A DNA stretch of 64,000 nucleotides from Tepidibacillus decaturensis (GTDB lineage Bacteria; Bacillota; Bacilli; Tepidibacillales; Tepidibacillaceae): the NCBI GenBank assembly GCA_016841555.1, contig JAENYW010000001.1, positions 429-64,428 of the forward strand. The letters are read 5' to 3'. The stretch's first letter is position 1. Every line of letters begins with the position of its first letter. The notes below the pieces were generated by a model, which was not told where the DNA came from, did not search any database, and saw nothing but the letters and a program-made list of their open reading frames with translations. Below are positions 43,199 to 56,458 of the stretch, in pieces. A program made the translations under genes and the position numbers.

Positions 43199-43831
43199 AT
43201 GACCAAAGGAATCTTAGGGAAAAAGCTTGGTATGACACAAGTATTCACGGAAGATGGTAATGTAGTTCCAGTAACAGTAGTAGAAGCTGGTCCTTGTGTA
43301 GTTCTACAAAAGAAAACCGTTGAAAATGATGGATATGAAGCAATTCAATTGGGTTTTGGAGAGCAAAAAGAAGCAAGAGTAAATAAACCTACACTTGGAC
43401 ATATGAAGAAGGCTGGAACAACACCTAAGCGCTTCGCAAAGGAAATTCGTGGTGTGTCATTAGAATATGAGCTTGGTCAAGAAATTAAAGCAAACATATT
43501 TGATCAAGGCGAATTCGTTGATGTGACTGGAATTTCTAAAGGAAAAGGATTTGCTGGTTCTATCAAAAGACATAACCAATCTCGTGGTCCTATGGCGCAT
43601 GGTTCACGTTATCATAGAAGACCTGGTTCAATGGGTCCAGTTGCTCCGAACCGAGTAATGAAGGGTAAACCATTACCAGGGCGCATGGGAACAGATAAAA
43701 TAACTATTCAAAATCTTGAGATCATAAGTGTTGATTTGGATCGTAATTTACTATTAGTAAAAGGATCAATACCTGGTCCGAAAAATAGCTTTGTCGTTGT
43801 TAAAGAATCCGTAAAAAAAGAAAGTAAGTAA
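43199..43831 (+). CDS. rplC: 50S ribosomal protein L3
   Basis: [31 protein letters not shown]... ATG 7 nt after GGAGGTG. Confidence 0.96.
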   Translation: MTKGILGKKLGMTQVFTEDGNVVPVTVVEAGPCVVLQKKTVENDGYEAIQLGFGEQKEARVNKPTLGHMKKAGTTPKRFAKEIRGVSLEYELGQEIKANIFDQGEFVDVTGISKGKGFAGSIKRHNQSRGPMAHGSRYHRRPGSMGPVAPNRVMKGKPLPGRMGTDKITIQNLEIISVDLDRNLLLVKGSIPGPKNSFVVVKESVKKESK

Positions 43832-43857
43832 GTTGACAGAGGAAAGGAGGATTCGCT

Positions 43858-44481
43858 ATGCCAAAAGTAGCCTTATATAATGTGAGTGGGACTCAAGTTG
43901 GAGAAATTGAATTATCGGATGCTATTTTCGGAATCGTTCCTAATGAGTCAGTACTTCATGATGCAGTTGTCATGCAACAAGCATCGCAACGTAGAGGTAC
44001 TCATAAAGTAAAAGGACGTTCTGAAGTTAGTGGTGGTGGAAGAAAACCTTGGAAGCAAAAAGGGACAGGTCGCGCACGTCAAGGAAGTATTCGTTCACCT
44101 CAATGGGTTGGTGGTGGAACAGTCTTCGGACCTACACCTCGAAGTTATGCGTATAAACTGCCTAAGAAAGTTCGTCGTTTAGCGTTGAAATCTGCGCTTT
44201 CTAGCAAGGTGATCGATAGTGACATTATTGTTCTTGAAGAGCTGACCTTATCTGCACCAAAAACAAAAGAAATGGTGGCTATTTTAAACAATTTAAAAGC
44301 AGATCGCAAAGCACTAATTGTGGATAAAGATTTTAATGATGTAGTAGCAATATCATCACGTAATATTCCTGGAGTTAAATTCGTTTCTGCTGAGGGGATC
44401 AATGTTCTTGATGTCCTAAAACATGATAAATTAATTATCACTAAAGAAGCGGTAGCGAAAGTAGAGGAGGTGCTTTCATAA
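43858..44481 (+). CDS. rplD: 50S ribosomal protein L4
   Basis: 207 aa, S10-operon position, with the [19 protein letters not shown] motif. Confidence 0.96.
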   Translation: MPKVALYNVSGTQVGEIELSDAIFGIVPNESVLHDAVVMQQASQRRGTHKVKGRSEVSGGGRKPWKQKGTGRARQGSIRSPQWVGGGTVFGPTPRSYAYKLPKKVRRLALKSALSSKVIDSDIIVLEELTLSAPKTKEMVAILNNLKADRKALIVDKDFNDVVAISSRNIPGVKFVSAEGINVLDVLKHDKLIITKEAVAKVEEVLS

Positions 44482-44768
44482 TGAAAAATCCTCGCGATAT
44501 CATTAAACGTCCTGTTGTAACAGAAAAAACTAGTGATTTAATGGCTGAAAATAAGTATGTGTTTGAAGTGGACATTCATTCCAATAAAACAGAAGTTAAG
44601 CTTGCTTTAGAAGAAATTTTTGGAATAAAGGTTAAAAAGGTAAACACAGTAAAAATGCCAGCGAAACCAAAACGCTATGGTAAATATAGCGGATATAGAT
44701 CTGCTTGGAAAAAAGCAGTTGTAACTTTAACAGAAGATAGTAAAACAATCGAATTATTTGAAGCGTAA
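44481..44768 (+). CDS. rplW: 50S ribosomal protein L23
   Basis: 95 aa: [17 protein letters not shown]... TAATG overlap with rplD. Confidence 0.96.
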   Translation: MKNPRDIIKRPVVTEKTSDLMAENKYVFEVDIHSNKTEVKLALEEIFGIKVKKVNTVKMPAKPKRYGKYSGYRSAWKKAVVTLTEDSKTIELFEA

Positions 44769-44794
44769 TTCTTTGAACGAAGGAGGGAAAAACG

Positions 44795-45625
44795 ATGGGA
44801 ATTAAAAAATACAAACCAACCTCTGCTGGTCGGCGTGGGATGTCTGTTTCCACTTTTGAAGAAATTACAACAGATAAACCAGAAAAATCCTTATTAGCAC
44901 CACTAAAAAGTAAAGCGGGGCGCAACAATCAAGGAAAATTGACGATGAGACATCAAGGTGGCGGTCATAAGCGTCAATATCGTATTATTGATTTCAAACG
45001 TAATAAAGATGGCATACCAGGACGCGTTGCTACTATAGAATATGATCCTAATCGTTCTGCCAATATTGCTCTTATCAATTATGTTGATGGAGAAAAGAGG
45101 TATATTTTAGCACCGAACGGATTAAAAGTCGGTGATACAATAGAGTCTGGTTCTAATGCTGATATTAAAGTAGGAAACGCGCTTCCGCTAGAAAACATTC
45201 CAGTAGGTACAATCATTCATAATATTGAAATGAAGCCAGGAAAAGGCGGTCAACTAATTAGAGCGGCTGGAACAGAAGCACAATTATTAGGTAAAGATGG
45301 AGACTATGCGATTATTCGTCTGAATTCAGGAGAAGTTCGTATGATCCGTAAAGAATGCAAAGCATCGATTGGTCAAGTTGGCAATCTAGATCACGAAAAT
45401 ATTACTGTTGGTAAAGCTGGGCGTTCACGCTGGCTTGGTATAAGACCAACTGTTCGCGGAAGTGTTATGAACCCTAACGATCACCCACATGGTGGTGGGG
45501 AAGGCCGAGCACCTATTGGAAGAAAAACACCTGTTACTCCATGGGGTAAACCAACATTAGGGTATAAAACTCGTAAGAAAACCAACGCTTCTGATAAGTA
45601 TATTGTTCGTCGTCGTAAAAAGTAA
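44795..45625 (+). CDS. rplB: 50S ribosomal protein L2
   Basis: 276 aa: [17 protein letters not shown] ... [13 protein letters not shown]. Confidence 0.97.
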   Translation: MGIKKYKPTSAGRRGMSVSTFEEITTDKPEKSLLAPLKSKAGRNNQGKLTMRHQGGGHKRQYRIIDFKRNKDGIPGRVATIEYDPNRSANIALINYVDGEKRYILAPNGLKVGDTIESGSNADIKVGNALPLENIPVGTIIHNIEMKPGKGGQLIRAAGTEAQLLGKDGDYAIIRLNSGEVRMIRKECKASIGQVGNLDHENITVGKAGRSRWLGIRPTVRGSVMNPNDHPHGGGEGRAPIGRKTPVTPWGKPTLGYKTRKKTNASDKYIVRRRKK

Positions 45626-45692
45626 TGCCAAAAGCGTATAGCTAAAAAAGAAACGTGAGATAAATATACTTATTCTGAAGGGAGGTTAATAT

Positions 45693-45971
45693 ATGGGACG
45701 CAGTTTGAAAAAGGGACCTTTTGTAGACGACCATCTAATGAAAAAAGTAGATGGAATGAATGAAAAAAATGAGAAAAAAGTATTTAAAACATGGTCTCGT
45801 CGTTCTACTATTTTCCCTGAATTTGTCGGACATACTATTGCAGTTTATGATGGACGCAAACATGTGCCAGTTTATATAACGGAAGATATGGTAGGTCATA
45901 AGTTGGGCGAATTTGCTCCTACCCGTACCTATAAAGGGCATGCGGACAACGATAAGAAAACGAAGCGCTAA
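45693..45971 (+). CDS. rpsS: 30S ribosomal protein S19
   Basis: [19 protein letters not shown]... 92 aa. Confidence 0.97.
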   Translation: MGRSLKKGPFVDDHLMKKVDGMNEKNEKKVFKTWSRRSTIFPEFVGHTIAVYDGRKHVPVYITEDMVGHKLGEFAPTRTYKGHADNDKKTKR

Positions 45972-45995
45972 TAGCTTTGAGAGGAGGTACAGTTA

Positions 45996-46337
45996 ATGGA
46001 AGCGAAAGCTGTAGCTAGATATATTCGGATTGCTCCTCGTAAAGTAAGTCTTGTATTAGACCTAATTAGGGGCAAAAAAGTTGGAGAAGCAATCGCAATT
46101 CTTCGTCATACACCAAAAGCAGCTTCTCCAGTCATTGAGAAAGTATTACATTCAGCGATTGCTAACGCAGATCACAATTTCCAAATGAATGTAGAAGATT
46201 TAGTCGTACGTGAAGCTTATGCAGGTCAAGGACCAACAATGAAACGGTTTCGACCAAGAGCAATGGGTCGTGCAAGCAGAATAAATAAACGTACAAGTCA
46301 TATAACCGTTGTATTAACTGAGAAGAAGGAGGGATAA
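45996..46337 (+). CDS. rplV: 50S ribosomal protein L22
   Basis: 113 aa: [25 protein letters not shown]... Confidence 0.96.
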   Translation: MEAKAVARYIRIAPRKVSLVLDLIRGKKVGEAIAILRHTPKAASPVIEKVLHSAIANADHNFQMNVEDLVVREAYAGQGPTMKRFRPRAMGRASRINKRTSHITVVLTEKKEG

Positions 46338-46340
46338 GAC

Positions 46341-47000
46341 GTGGGACAAAAGGTTAATCCAGTAGGGCTTCGTGTAGGAGTGATTCGTGATTGGGAATCT
46401 AAATGGTATGCTGGGAAAGATTATGCAGACTTATTACACGAAGATATTAAAATTCGCGACTTCCTTAAAAAACGCCTTTACGATGCAGCAGTTCCGAATA
46501 TAGAAATAGAAAGAGCTGCGAATCGAATTAATATAACGATTCATACTGCAAAGCCAGGAATGGTAATTGGAAAAGGCGGATCAGAAGTAGAGAATCTACG
46601 TCAACAACTAACGAAATTAACTGCAAAGAAAGTTCACATTAATATTAATGAAATAAAAAATCCTGAAAACAATGCTCAATTAGTAGCAGAAAGCATTGCA
46701 CAACAATTAGAGCGTCGTATCTCATTTCGTCGTGCAATGAAGCAAGCTATCCAACGTACTATGCGTTCAGGTGGTAAAGGAATTAAAACTTTAGTAAGTG
46801 GACGTTTAGGTGGAGCTGAAATTGCAAGAAGCGAAGGATATAGCGAGGGAACTGTTCCGCTTCATACACTTCGTGCAGATATTGATTATGGTACTGCAGA
46901 AGCTCATACAACCTATGGACGTTTAGGTGTAAAAGTATGGATTTATCGCGGAGAGGTTCTTCCTACTAAAAATAAAGATAAAAAGGAAGGAGGCAGATAA
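46341..47000 (+). CDS. rpsC: 30S ribosomal protein S3
   Basis: GTG start. [29 protein letters not shown]... Confidence 0.97.
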   Translation: MGQKVNPVGLRVGVIRDWESKWYAGKDYADLLHEDIKIRDFLKKRLYDAAVPNIEIERAANRINITIHTAKPGMVIGKGGSEVENLRQQLTKLTAKKVHININEIKNPENNAQLVAESIAQQLERRISFRRAMKQAIQRTMRSGGKGIKTLVSGRLGGAEIARSEGYSEGTVPLHTLRADIDYGTAEAHTTYGRLGVKVWIYRGEVLPTKNKDKKEGGR

Positions 47001-47002
47001 TT

Positions 47003-47437
47003 ATGTTGATGCCAAAACGTGTGAAACACCGTAAGGAACATCGTGGTAAAATGCGCGGGCAAGCAAAGGGTGGTACTGAAGTTGTTTTTGGTGAATATGG
47101 CTTACAAGCCCTAGAACCTGCATGGATTACCAACCGTCAAATTGAAGCTGCGCGTATTGCGATGACACGTTATATTAAACGCGGTGGTAAGGTTTGGATA
47201 AAGATTTTCCCATCTAAGCCGGTTACACAAAAACCATTAGAGGTTCGTATGGGTAGTGGTAAAGGTTCTCCAGAAAAATGGGTCGCAGTTGTAAAACCAG
47301 GAAAAGTATTATTTGAATTAGCTGGTGTTTCTGAAGAGGTAGCACGTGAAGCTATGCGTCTGGCATCCCATAAGCTGCCTATTAAGACGAAGTTTGTAGT
47401 GCGTGAAGAAGTGGGTGGTGACGCAAATGAAAGCTAA
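47003..47437 (+). CDS. rplP: 50S ribosomal protein L16
   Basis: [24 protein letters not shown]... Confidence 0.97.
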   Translation: MLMPKRVKHRKEHRGKMRGQAKGGTEVVFGEYGLQALEPAWITNRQIEAARIAMTRYIKRGGKVWIKIFPSKPVTQKPLEVRMGSGKGSPEKWVAVVKPGKVLFELAGVSEEVAREAMRLASHKLPIKTKFVVREEVGGDANES

Positions 47438-47627
47438 AGAATATAGAAATATGACCACTGCAGAAATCGAACAAAAAATTAATGGACTAAAAGATGAATT
47501 ATTTAACCTCCGTTTTCAATTGGCAACTGGACAGTTAGAAAATCCAGGAAAATTAAGAGATGTGCGCAAAGGAATCGCACGAGCTAAAACCGTATTGCGC
47601 GAAAGAGAATTAGAGATCAATCATTAA
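47427..47627 (+). CDS. rpmC: 50S ribosomal protein L29
   Basis: [43 protein letters not shown] at 47427 overlaps the rplP end. The track start at 47403 is too long. Confidence 0.95.
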   Translation: MKAKEYRNMTTAEIEQKINGLKDELFNLRFQLATGQLENPGKLRDVRKGIARAKTVLRERELEINH

Positions 47628-47648
47628 TTCTGAAAGGAGGTTATCTTA

Positions 47649-47912
47649 ATGTCTGAACGCAGTCAAAGAAAAGTTCAAATTGGTAAAGTTATCAGTGACA
47701 AAATGGATAAAACAGTTGTTGTTTCAGTAGAAACTTACAAAAAACATTCATTATATGGAAAACGGATAAAACATACAAAGAAATTTAAAGCGCACGACGA
47801 AAACAACCAAGCAAAATTAGGTGATACCGTAAAAATTATGGAAACAAGGCCTTTATCGAAAGACAAGCGCTGGCGTTTGGTTGAAATTGTTGAAGAAGCG
47901 ATCATTATATAA
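47649..47912 (+). CDS. rpsQ: 30S ribosomal protein S17
   Basis: 87 aa: [23 protein letters not shown]... Confidence 0.96.
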   Translation: MSERSQRKVQIGKVISDKMDKTVVVSVETYKKHSLYGKRIKHTKKFKAHDENNQAKLGDTVKIMETRPLSKDKRWRLVEIVEEAIII

Positions 47913-47950
47913 CTTTGCATGGATTCATGATCCGGAAGGAGGGACCTTAA

Positions 47951-48319
47951 ATGATTCAGCCACAAACGTATCTAAAAGCAGCTGACAATTCTGGAGCTAA
48001 GCAATTAATGGCTATAAAAGTATTGGGTGGATCTCAACGCAAGTTTGCAAATGTAGGAGATATCATTGTCTGTTCAGTAAAAGAAGCAACACCAGGCGGT
48101 GTTGTCAAAAAAGGTGAAGTCGTAAGAGCAGTTATCGTACGCACAAAACGTGGAGTTCGTCGGGATGACGGTTCATATATTCGATTCGACGAAAATGCAG
48201 CAGTTATTGTAAAAGATGATAAAAGTCCGCGCGGTACGCGTATATTTGGACCTGTTGCAAGAGAGTTGCGTGAGAAAGATTTTATGAAAATTATATCCCT
48301 AGCTCCTGAGGTTATATAA
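47951..48319 (+). CDS. rplN: 50S ribosomal protein L14
   Basis: [28 protein letters not shown]... Confidence 0.97.
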   Translation: MIQPQTYLKAADNSGAKQLMAIKVLGGSQRKFANVGDIIVCSVKEATPGGVVKKGEVVRAVIVRTKRGVRRDDGSYIRFDENAAVIVKDDKSPRGTRIFGPVARELREKDFMKIISLAPEVI

Positions 48320-48343
48320 TCTACAATGTTAGGAGGTGCTTTA

Positions 48344-48682
48344 ATGAATTCCTCAAAGCAGCATAAATTACATGTTAAAAAAGATGACACTGTTATTGTA
48401 ATCAGTGGTAAAGATAAAGGAAAAAAAGGTCGTGTTTTACAAGCGTATCCTAAAGAAGGAAGAGTACTTGTAGAAGGTGTTAATTTAGTAAAAAAACATT
48501 CTCGTCCTTCTCAAGCGAATCCACAAGGTGGTATTATTACTCAGGAAGCGCCAATCCACTCATCTAATGTCATGCTAGTAGATCCTAAAACAGGAAATGC
48601 GACTAGAATTGGCTATAAAATGTTAGATAATGGAACGAAAGTGCGGATTGCAAAAAAATCTGGCGAAGTGATTGATAAGTAG
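48344..48682 (+). CDS. rplX: 50S ribosomal protein L24
   Basis: KOW motif [25 protein letters not shown] at 48344 follows AGGAGGTG. Confidence 0.94.
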   Translation: MNSSKQHKLHVKKDDTVIVISGKDKGKKGRVLQAYPKEGRVLVEGVNLVKKHSRPSQANPQGGIITQEAPIHSSNVMLVDPKTGNATRIGYKMLDNGTKVRIAKKSGEVIDK

Positions 48683-48708
48683 TCAGGTGAAGAAGGGAGG
48701 CACATTTG

Positions 48709-49251
48709 ATGTCGGCAAGATTAAAAGAAAAGTATCAAAGTGAAATAGTTCCATCATTAATGGAGAAATTTGAATATAAAACAGTTATGCAGGTACCACG
48801 TGTTGAAAAAGTAGTTATTAATATGGGTATCGGTGATGCTGTTCAAAATCCAAAGGTATTAGATAGCGCGCTTACGGATTTAGAAATAATTTCTGGCCAA
48901 AAGCCTGTAGTTACACGTGCTAAAAAATCAATTGCTGGCTTTAAGCTACGTGAAGGAATGCCGATTGGTGCTAAAGTAACACTACGTGGTGATCGTATGT
49001 ATTATTTCATTGATAAATTGTTTAACATCACACTACCACGTGTGCGTGACTTCCGTGGAATATCTAATAAAGCATTTGATGGTCGTGGTAACTATACATT
49101 AGGTTTAAAAGAACAATTGGTTTTTCCTGAGATTGATTATGATAAAGTAGAAAAAGTACGAGGTATGGATATTGTATTTGTAACTACTGCTAATAGTGAT
49201 GAAGAAGCACATGCATTACTAAATCAACTTGGAATGCCGTTTGCAAAATAA
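48709..49251 (+). CDS. rplE: 50S ribosomal protein L5
   Basis: [41 protein letters not shown]... ATG at 48709 follows GGGAGG. Confidence 0.96.
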   Translation: MSARLKEKYQSEIVPSLMEKFEYKTVMQVPRVEKVVINMGIGDAVQNPKVLDSALTDLEIISGQKPVVTRAKKSIAGFKLREGMPIGAKVTLRGDRMYYFIDKLFNITLPRVRDFRGISNKAFDGRGNYTLGLKEQLVFPEIDYDKVEKVRGMDIVFVTTANSDEEAHALLNQLGMPFAK

Positions 49252-49258
49252 CTCATAA

Positions 49259-49462
<204 letters not shown>

Positions 49463-49492
49463 ACACCCCAATTAGGGAAGGAGGTTATCTAC

Positions 49493-49891
49493 ATGGCGAT
49501 GACAGATCCAATTGCAGATATGTTAACTCGTATTCGCAATGCGAATATTGTTCGTCACGAAGTTGTTGAAGTACCAGCATCCAACCTTAAAAAAGAAGTT
49601 GCTGAAATCCTTAAAAAGGAAGGTTTTATTCGCGATGCTGAATATATTGAAGATGACAAACAAGGATTAATTCGTTTGTTTTTGAAATATGGACAAAACC
49701 AAGAAAGAATTATTACTGGTTTAAAAAGAATTAGCAAGCCAGGATTGCGTGTATATGCAAAAAACAACGAAATTCCAAAGGTATTAGGAGGACTTGGGAT
49801 TGCGATTATATCCACATCTCAAGGTCTTTTAACGGATAAAGATGCAAGGAAAGCAAAAGTAGGCGGAGAAGTTCTTGCTTACATCTGGTAA
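49493..49891 (+). CDS. rpsH: 30S ribosomal protein S8
   Basis: [23 protein letters not shown]... Confidence 0.97.
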   Translation: MAMTDPIADMLTRIRNANIVRHEVVEVPASNLKKEVAEILKKEGFIRDAEYIEDDKQGLIRLFLKYGQNQERIITGLKRISKPGLRVYAKNNEIPKVLGGLGIAIISTSQGLLTDKDARKAKVGGEVLAYIW

Positions 49892-49920
49892 TAGATTCAT
49901 AACCGATTGGGGGTGTCAGA

Positions 49921-50460
49921 ATGTCTCGTATTGGAAAAAAACCGATCGAAATTCCATCAGGTGTTGAAATTTCAATTAACGATATGACAGTTAGCGTTAA
50001 AGGACCTAAAGGCTCATTAACGAGAGTTTTTCATAAAGATATGATTCTTCGAAAAGAAGAGAATCAACTAATTGTAGAACGTCCGAGTGATGAAAAAATT
50101 CACCGTGCACTACATGGTACAACTCGAAGCATTTTAAGTAACATGATTGAAGGAGTTACTAATGGATACCAAAAAACATTAGTACTTGTAGGTGTTGGTT
50201 ACCGTGCTACTAAATCAGGGAATAAAGTTGTAGTGAATGTTGGTTATTCCCATCCAGTAGAGGTGGAACCTGAAGAGGGTATCGAATTAGAGGTTCCAGA
50301 ACAAACAAAAATTATTGTAAAAGGTATTGATAAAGAACGTGTTGGAGAGGTAGCTGCTAATATTCGATCCATTCGTAAACCTGAGCCTTATAAAGGAAAA
50401 GGGATTAAATATGCAGATGAACGTATTCGCCGTAAAGAAGGAAAAACTGGTAAGAAATAG
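49921..50460 (+). CDS. rplF: 50S ribosomal protein L6
   Basis: [21 protein letters not shown]... Confidence 0.97.
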   Translation: MSRIGKKPIEIPSGVEISINDMTVSVKGPKGSLTRVFHKDMILRKEENQLIVERPSDEKIHRALHGTTRSILSNMIEGVTNGYQKTLVLVGVGYRATKSGNKVVVNVGYSHPVEVEPEEGIELEVPEQTKIIVKGIDKERVGEVAANIRSIRKPEPYKGKGIKYADERIRRKEGKTGKK

Positions 50461-50486
50461 TTAGTTGATCGAAGGGAGTGAAAGGG

Positions 50487-50855
50487 TTGATTAACAAAGG
50501 TATTAAAAACAAAATACGTATGAAAAGACATTTACGTATTAGAAAAAATATAGTAGGAACCAATGAGCGTCCACGATTAAATGTTTTTCGTTCTTCCAAA
50601 CATATGTATGCACAATTAATTGATGATGTGAATGGTCATACATTAGTCTCTGCCTCTACATTAGATGAGGAAGTAAAAGAAAATATTAAGCAAGGTGCAA
50701 ATATTGATGCTGCTACTTTAGTTGGAGCATTGGTAGCTAAACGCGCTCAAGAAAAAGGTTATAAAATTGTAGTATTTGATCGTAGTGGATATTTATATCA
50801 TGGACGAGTAAAAGCTGTAGCAGAGGCTGCTCGTGAAAATGGACTTGACTTCTAA
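50487..50855 (+). CDS. rplR: 50S ribosomal protein L18
   Basis: TTG at 50487 lies 9 nt after AAGGGAG. (L)[35 protein letters not shown] is colinear with the Bacillus L18 N-terminus as recalled. Confidence 0.93.
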   Translation: MINKGIKNKIRMKRHLRIRKNIVGTNERPRLNVFRSSKHMYAQLIDDVNGHTLVSASTLDEEVKENIKQGANIDAATLVGALVAKRAQEKGYKIVVFDRSGYLYHGRVKAVAEAARENGLDF

Positions 50856-50878
50856 TTGAACACAAAGGAGGGAAAAAC

Positions 50879-51376
50879 ATGCGTATAGACCCAAATACCC
50901 TTGATCTTCATGAAAAAGTTGTAAATATCAATCGTGTCGCTAAAGTTGTAAAAGGTGGACGTCGTTTTAGCTTTAGTGCTTTGGTTGTTGTAGGAGATAA
51001 AAATGGACATGTGGGTGCTGGAATAGGAAAAGCTTCAGAAGTACCTGACGCAATTCGAAAAGGCATTGAAGATGCAAAGAAAAATTTAATTCGTGTTCCA
51101 TTAGTTGGTAGTACGATTCCTCATACAATTAACGGAATTTTTGGTGCGGGAAAAGTTTTTTTAAAGCCTGCTTCAGAAGGTACAGGGGTTATTGCAGGAG
51201 GACCAGTTCGTGCTGTTCTTGAGCTAGCAGGAATTGAAGATATTTTAACAAAATCATTAGGTTCTTCAAATTCAATGAATATGGTTAATGCAACTTTAGA
51301 AGGGCTAAAAAACCTAAAAAGTGCCGAAGAGGTTGCAAAATTACGTGGCAAAACAGTCGAAGAACTGTTAGGATAG
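50879..51376 (+). CDS. rpsE: 30S ribosomal protein S5
   Basis: 165 aa: [27 protein letters not shown]... Confidence 0.97.
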   Translation: MRIDPNTLDLHEKVVNINRVAKVVKGGRRFSFSALVVVGDKNGHVGAGIGKASEVPDAIRKGIEDAKKNLIRVPLVGSTIPHTINGIFGAGKVFLKPASEGTGVIAGGPVRAVLELAGIEDILTKSLGSSNSMNMVNATLEGLKNLKSAEEVAKLRGKTVEELLG

Positions 51377-51388
51377 GAGGGAGTATTC

Positions 51389-51577
51389 ATGGCTAAAAAA
51401 TTACAGATCACCCTCAAACGTAGTTTAATAGGTCGACCAGAAAATCAAAGAGTCATCGTGAAAACATTAGGCTTACGTAAGCTTCATCAATCTGTTCTTC
51501 ATAATGATAATCCAGAAATACGTGGGATGATTAACAAAATAAGTCACTTATTAGAAGTAGCAGAAATTAATGAGTAA
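51389..51577 (+). CDS. rpmD: 50S ribosomal protein L30
   Basis: [29 protein letters not shown]... Confidence 0.96.
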   Translation: MAKKLQITLKRSLIGRPENQRVIVKTLGLRKLHQSVLHNDNPEIRGMINKISHLLEVAEINE

Positions 51578-51609
51578 TATTTTCGCTTTGAAATAGAGGA
51601 GGTGTAACC

Positions 51610-52050
51610 GTGAAGTTACATGAGCTCAAGCCAACGGAAGGCGCACGTCACACGCGTAAACGTGTTGGAAGAGGAATTGCGACAGGAAATGGAAAAACAG
51701 CAGGGAGAGGACATAAAGGACAAAACTCTCGTTCTGGCGGAGGAGTTCGTCCAGGTTTTGAAGGTGGACAAAATCCATTGGCAAGACGACTGCCAAAACG
51801 TGGTTTTACTAACCCAACTCGTAAGGAGTATGCTGTGATTAATTTAGATGTTTTAAATCGCTTCGAAGAAGATACAGTGGTTACTCCAGATTTGCTTGAA
51901 GAAAAAGGATATGTAAAACAAGTAAAAAATGGTGTGAAGATTCTAGGCAATGGAGAAATTAATGTTAAACTAACAGTAAAAGCTACTAAATTTTCAGAGG
52001 CTGCTGTTAAAAAAATTGCTGCTGCTGGCGGTAAAACTGAGGTGGTTTAA
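51610..52050 (+). CDS. rplO: 50S ribosomal protein L15
   Basis: GTG start. [38 protein letters not shown]... Confidence 0.96.
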   Translation: MKLHELKPTEGARHTRKRVGRGIATGNGKTAGRGHKGQNSRSGGGVRPGFEGGQNPLARRLPKRGFTNPTRKEYAVINLDVLNRFEEDTVVTPDLLEEKGYVKQVKNGVKILGNGEINVKLTVKATKFSEAAVKKIAAAGGKTEVV

Positions 52051-53342
52051 TGTTTAAAACGATCTCCAATATATTTAGGGTTAACGACTTGCGTAAGAAG
52101 ATTATCTTTACACTTCTTATGCTGGTCGTCTTCCGTATTGGAAGTTTTATTCCTGTACCAAATATTGATAGTAGTGTTTTAGCAAGTTTAGCAGAAAGAG
52201 ATATATTTGGATTTCTAAACACTTTTTCTGGAGGAGCTTTAGGCAGATTTTCGATCTTTGCAATGGGAATTATGCCTTACATTACAGCATCGATTATTGT
52301 TCAATTATTATCGATGGACGTTATTCCTAAATTTGCTGAATGGGCACGTCAAGGAGACCTAGGTCGAAAAAAACTGGCTCAAATCACTCGTTATGGAACG
52401 GTAGTTCTAGGATTTATTCAAGCAATCGGATTATCCATTGGATTTAATAATTTATATCCTGGGCTTGTAAAAGATTCGAGTACAACAACCATTTTACTCA
52501 TAGCAATAACATTAACAGCAGGAACAGCATTTTTGATGTGGTTAGGTGAACAAATTACTGAAAATGGTATAGGAAATGGAATTTCTATAATCATCTTCGC
52601 TGGTATCGTAGCAGGAATTCCAGATTCGTTGGCTACTGTTTATAGTGTTCAAATTGGTGAAGCAGGAGAACAACTATTCTTAAATCTTGTAAAGATCCTA
52701 TTGGTTGCTTTATTTATTGTATTAGTTGTTGTTGGTGTCATTTTTGTTCAACAAGGGGTTAGAAAAATTCCAGTCAATTATGCTAAAAGAGTAGTAGGTA
52801 GAAAAATGTATGGAGGTCAATCCAGTCATATTCCTTTTAAAGTGAATTCTGCTGGAGTTATTCCAGTTATTTTTGCACTATCACTGCTTATGTTTCCGTC
52901 AACGATCGCTCAATTTTGGTCTGGAAATAAAGTTGCTGATTGGGTAATCAATAATTTTACCTATACTAGTCTGTTTGGGGCTACCATTTATGTATTACTA
53001 ATTATTGGCTTTACCTACTTCTACACCTTTGTTCAAATTAATCCAATGCAAATGGCTGAAAACATGAAGAAAAATGGAGGCTTTATTCCTGGTATTAGAC
53101 CGGGAAAAGCAACTACTGAATATATTACAAAGGTACTGTCCCGTATCACCCTAGCAGGATCATTTTTCCTTGCAGCAGTAGCGATACTACCAGTACTTTT
53201 TACAGCAACGACAAATATGCCACAATCAGTTAGTATTGGAGGTACTTCCTTATTAATCGTGATTGGGGTTGCGCTTGACACAATGAAACAGATTGAAACA
53301 CAATTAATCAAGCGTCATTATGATGGTTTTATTAAAAAGTAG
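52050..53342 (+). CDS. secY: Preprotein translocase subunit SecY
   Basis: 430 aa with 10 TM helices. TAATG overlap with rplO. Confidence 0.97.
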   Translation: MFKTISNIFRVNDLRKKIIFTLLMLVVFRIGSFIPVPNIDSSVLASLAERDIFGFLNTFSGGALGRFSIFAMGIMPYITASIIVQLLSMDVIPKFAEWARQGDLGRKKLAQITRYGTVVLGFIQAIGLSIGFNNLYPGLVKDSSTTTILLIAITLTAGTAFLMWLGEQITENGIGNGISIIIFAGIVAGIPDSLATVYSVQIGEAGEQLFLNLVKILLVALFIVLVVVGVIFVQQGVRKIPVNYAKRVVGRKMYGGQSSHIPFKVNSAGVIPVIFALSLLMFPSTIAQFWSGNKVADWVINNFTYTSLFGATIYVLLIIGFTYFYTFVQINPMQMAENMKKNGGFIPGIRPGKATTEYITKVLSRITLAGSFFLAAVAILPVLFTATTNMPQSVSIGGTSLLIVIGVALDTMKQIETQLIKRHYDGFIKK

Positions 53343-53381
53343 CTTTCTTCATTGTTGAAAGCTGATTTGATGGAGGGATAG

Positions 53382-54034
<653 letters not shown>

Positions 54035-54035
<1 letters not shown>

Positions 54036-54781
54036 TGATTATACGTAAATCCGATGTTGAACTTGACCTGATGCGAATTGCTGGACGGATTGTTGCTGAA
54101 ACACATCAAGTGTTAGAAAAAGTAGTTCGACCAGGAATTACCACTAAGGAGCTTGACCAAATTGCTGAGGATTTTATTCGAAGCAAAGGAGCAATCCCTT
54201 CATTTCTAGGCTATGGGGGCTTTCAAGGAAGTGTTTGTACTTCAGTGAATGATGAGCTTGTTCACGGTATTCCAAGTAACCGTGTGTTAAAGGATGGAGA
54301 TATTATTAGTATCGATATTGGTGCTGAATACAAAGGCTATCATGGAGATTCAGCTTGGACTTATGGTGTTGGTAACATTTCAGAGTTAGCTAAAAAGCTA
54401 ATGAAAGTAACGGAAGAGTCCTTATATAAAGGATTAGAAAAAGCAACACCAAACAATCGATTATCTGATATATCCAATGCTATACAGCAGCATATAGAAG
54501 CTCATGGGTTTTCAGTAGTAAGAGAATATGTTGGACATGGAATAGGTCAGAATTTACACGAAGATCCTAAAGTACCGAATTACGGACCTCCGAATAGAGG
54601 TCCAAGATTAAAACCAGGTATGGCCTTAGCTATTGAACCTATGGTAATTGCAGGGGAAAGGTTTGTCAAAACACTTTCAGATAAATGGACTGTGGTTACA
54701 GAGGATCATTCATTAAGTGCACATTATGAGCATACCATCTTCATTACAGATACTGGACATGAAATTACAACAAAGCTATAG
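54035..54781 (+). CDS. map: Type I methionine aminopeptidase
   Basis: 248 aa with metal-ligand context ([26 protein letters not shown]). TAATG overlap with adk. Confidence 0.96.
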
Positions 54782-54786
54782 GTGAT

Positions 54787-55098
54787 ATGATGGAGCAAAT
54801 AAGTCCAGTACTCAAAATTGGTGAAATAGTTGAGGTATTAAAGGGACGTGAACGCGGTAAATATATGATAGTTATGGCTATGCAAGAACGTTTTGTCATA
54901 TTAGCAGATGGAGATAAACGTAAATATGATCAACCAAAAAGGAAAAACGTTCGCCATGTTAGAACAACAGAGGTTATTGCTGAAGAAATTATAGACAGCA
55001 TGAAGGAAAATGGAAGAGTTTCTAATGCTAAATTACGGTATGTTATACAGGATTACCTTTCAAATCATTTAAGTACTGAAGAAAAGGAAGGAGAGTGA
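54787..55098 (+). CDS. Small KOW-domain protein (YbzG-like, function unknown)
   Basis: 103 aa with a KOW-like N-terminus IGEIVEVLKGRERGKYMIVMA. Conserved slot between map and infA in Bacilli. Confidence 0.75.
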   Translation: MMEQISPVLKIGEIVEVLKGRERGKYMIVMAMQERFVILADGDKRKYDQPKRKNVRHVRTTEVIAEEIIDSMKENGRVSNAKLRYVIQDYLSNHLSTEEKEGE

Positions 55099-55101
55099 AC
55101 C

Positions 55102-55320
55102 ATGGCCAAAGAAGATGTGATTGAAGTGGAAGGGACAGTAATTGAACCCTTACCTAACGCAATGTTTCGTGTTGAATTAGAAAATGGTCATAAAGTTTTA
55201 GCACATGTATCAGGAAAAATTAGAATGCATTTTATTCGAATCTTACCAGGTGATAAAGTAACGGTGGAATTATCCCCTTATGACTTATCGCGTGGTCGGA
55301 TAACGTATCGTTATAAATAG
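55102..55320 (+). CDS. infA: Translation initiation factor IF-1
   Basis: [53 protein letters not shown]... Confidence 0.97.
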   Translation: MAKEDVIEVEGTVIEPLPNAMFRVELENGHKVLAHVSGKIRMHFIRILPGDKVTVELSPYDLSRGRITYRYK

Positions 55321-55337
55321 CTGTGGCTTTGGCATAA

Positions 55338-55463
<126 letters not shown>

Positions 55464-55481
55464 TCCAAGGAGGTGTATTAA

Positions 55482-55850
55482 ATGGCACGTATTGCAGGTG
55501 TAGACTTACCACGTGATAAAAGAGTGGAAGTTGCATTAACTTACATTTTTGGTATCAGACGTTCAATATCACATGAAATTTTAGCTGAAACTGGAGTGAA
55601 CCCAGATACCAGAGTACGCGACTTAACAGAAGAAGAAGTATCAAAATTACGTGAAAAAATTGATAAAAGTGTAAAGGTTGAAGGAGATCTGCGACGTGAG
55701 ATTGCACTCAATATTAAGCGCCTAATCGAAATTGGGTCTTATAGAGGTATTCGTCATCGTCGTGGTTTGCCTGTACGTGGGCAAAAATCAAAAACAAATG
55801 CAAGAACTCGTAAAGGTCCACGTCGTACCGTTGCGAACAAGAAGAAGTAA
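55482..55850 (+). CDS. rpsM: 30S ribosomal protein S13
   Basis: [25 protein letters not shown]... Confidence 0.97.
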   Translation: MARIAGVDLPRDKRVEVALTYIFGIRRSISHEILAETGVNPDTRVRDLTEEEVSKLREKIDKSVKVEGDLRREIALNIKRLIEIGSYRGIRHRRGLPVRGQKSKTNARTRKGPRRTVANKKK

Positions 55851-55864
55851 GGAGGGATGACGAA

Positions 55865-56257
55865 ATGGCTAGACCAAAAACAACACGTACAAAGAAACGT
55901 GATCGTAAACATATTGAGAGTGGAATAGCGCATATTAAATCTACTTTTAATAACACTATTGTAACTATTACTGATACTCATGGTAATGCAATTTCTTGGA
56001 GTAGTGCAGGTGCACTTGGTTTTAAAGGATCAAGAAAAAGCACCCCTTTTGCTGCACAAATGTCAGCTGAAGCTGCAGCTAAAACAGCTATGGAGCATGG
56101 AATGAAAACCGTTGAAGTACTAGTCAAAGGACCAGGAGCAGGTAGAGAGGCAGCTATACGTTCATTACAAGCAGCAGGTTTAGAGGTAAATATAATTAAA
56201 GACGTAACACCTATTCCTCATAACGGTTGCCGTCCGCCAAAACGCCGTCGTGTGTAA
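55865..56257 (+). CDS. rpsK: 30S ribosomal protein S11
   Basis: 130 aa: [30 protein letters not shown]... Confidence 0.97.
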   Translation: MARPKTTRTKKRDRKHIESGIAHIKSTFNNTIVTITDTHGNAISWSSAGALGFKGSRKSTPFAAQMSAEAAAKTAMEHGMKTVEVLVKGPGAGREAAIRSLQAAGLEVNIIKDVTPIPHNGCRPPKRRRV

Positions 56258-56458
56258 CAATATTTACTATGTTACTGTATAGTTTACCTGAACATGTGAA
56301 TAATAGTATGGTAAGTTAGGGTAAGTATGCTCTCAACTAGAATCACATGTAGAACATGGTTAGGTTAATAAAACTTATAACATCGATTGTTCTTAATTGG
56401 TACTTTACCCTCGTGTTTTTATGGATGCCACTTGATTGGACGTTTTGAAGGAGGGTTA

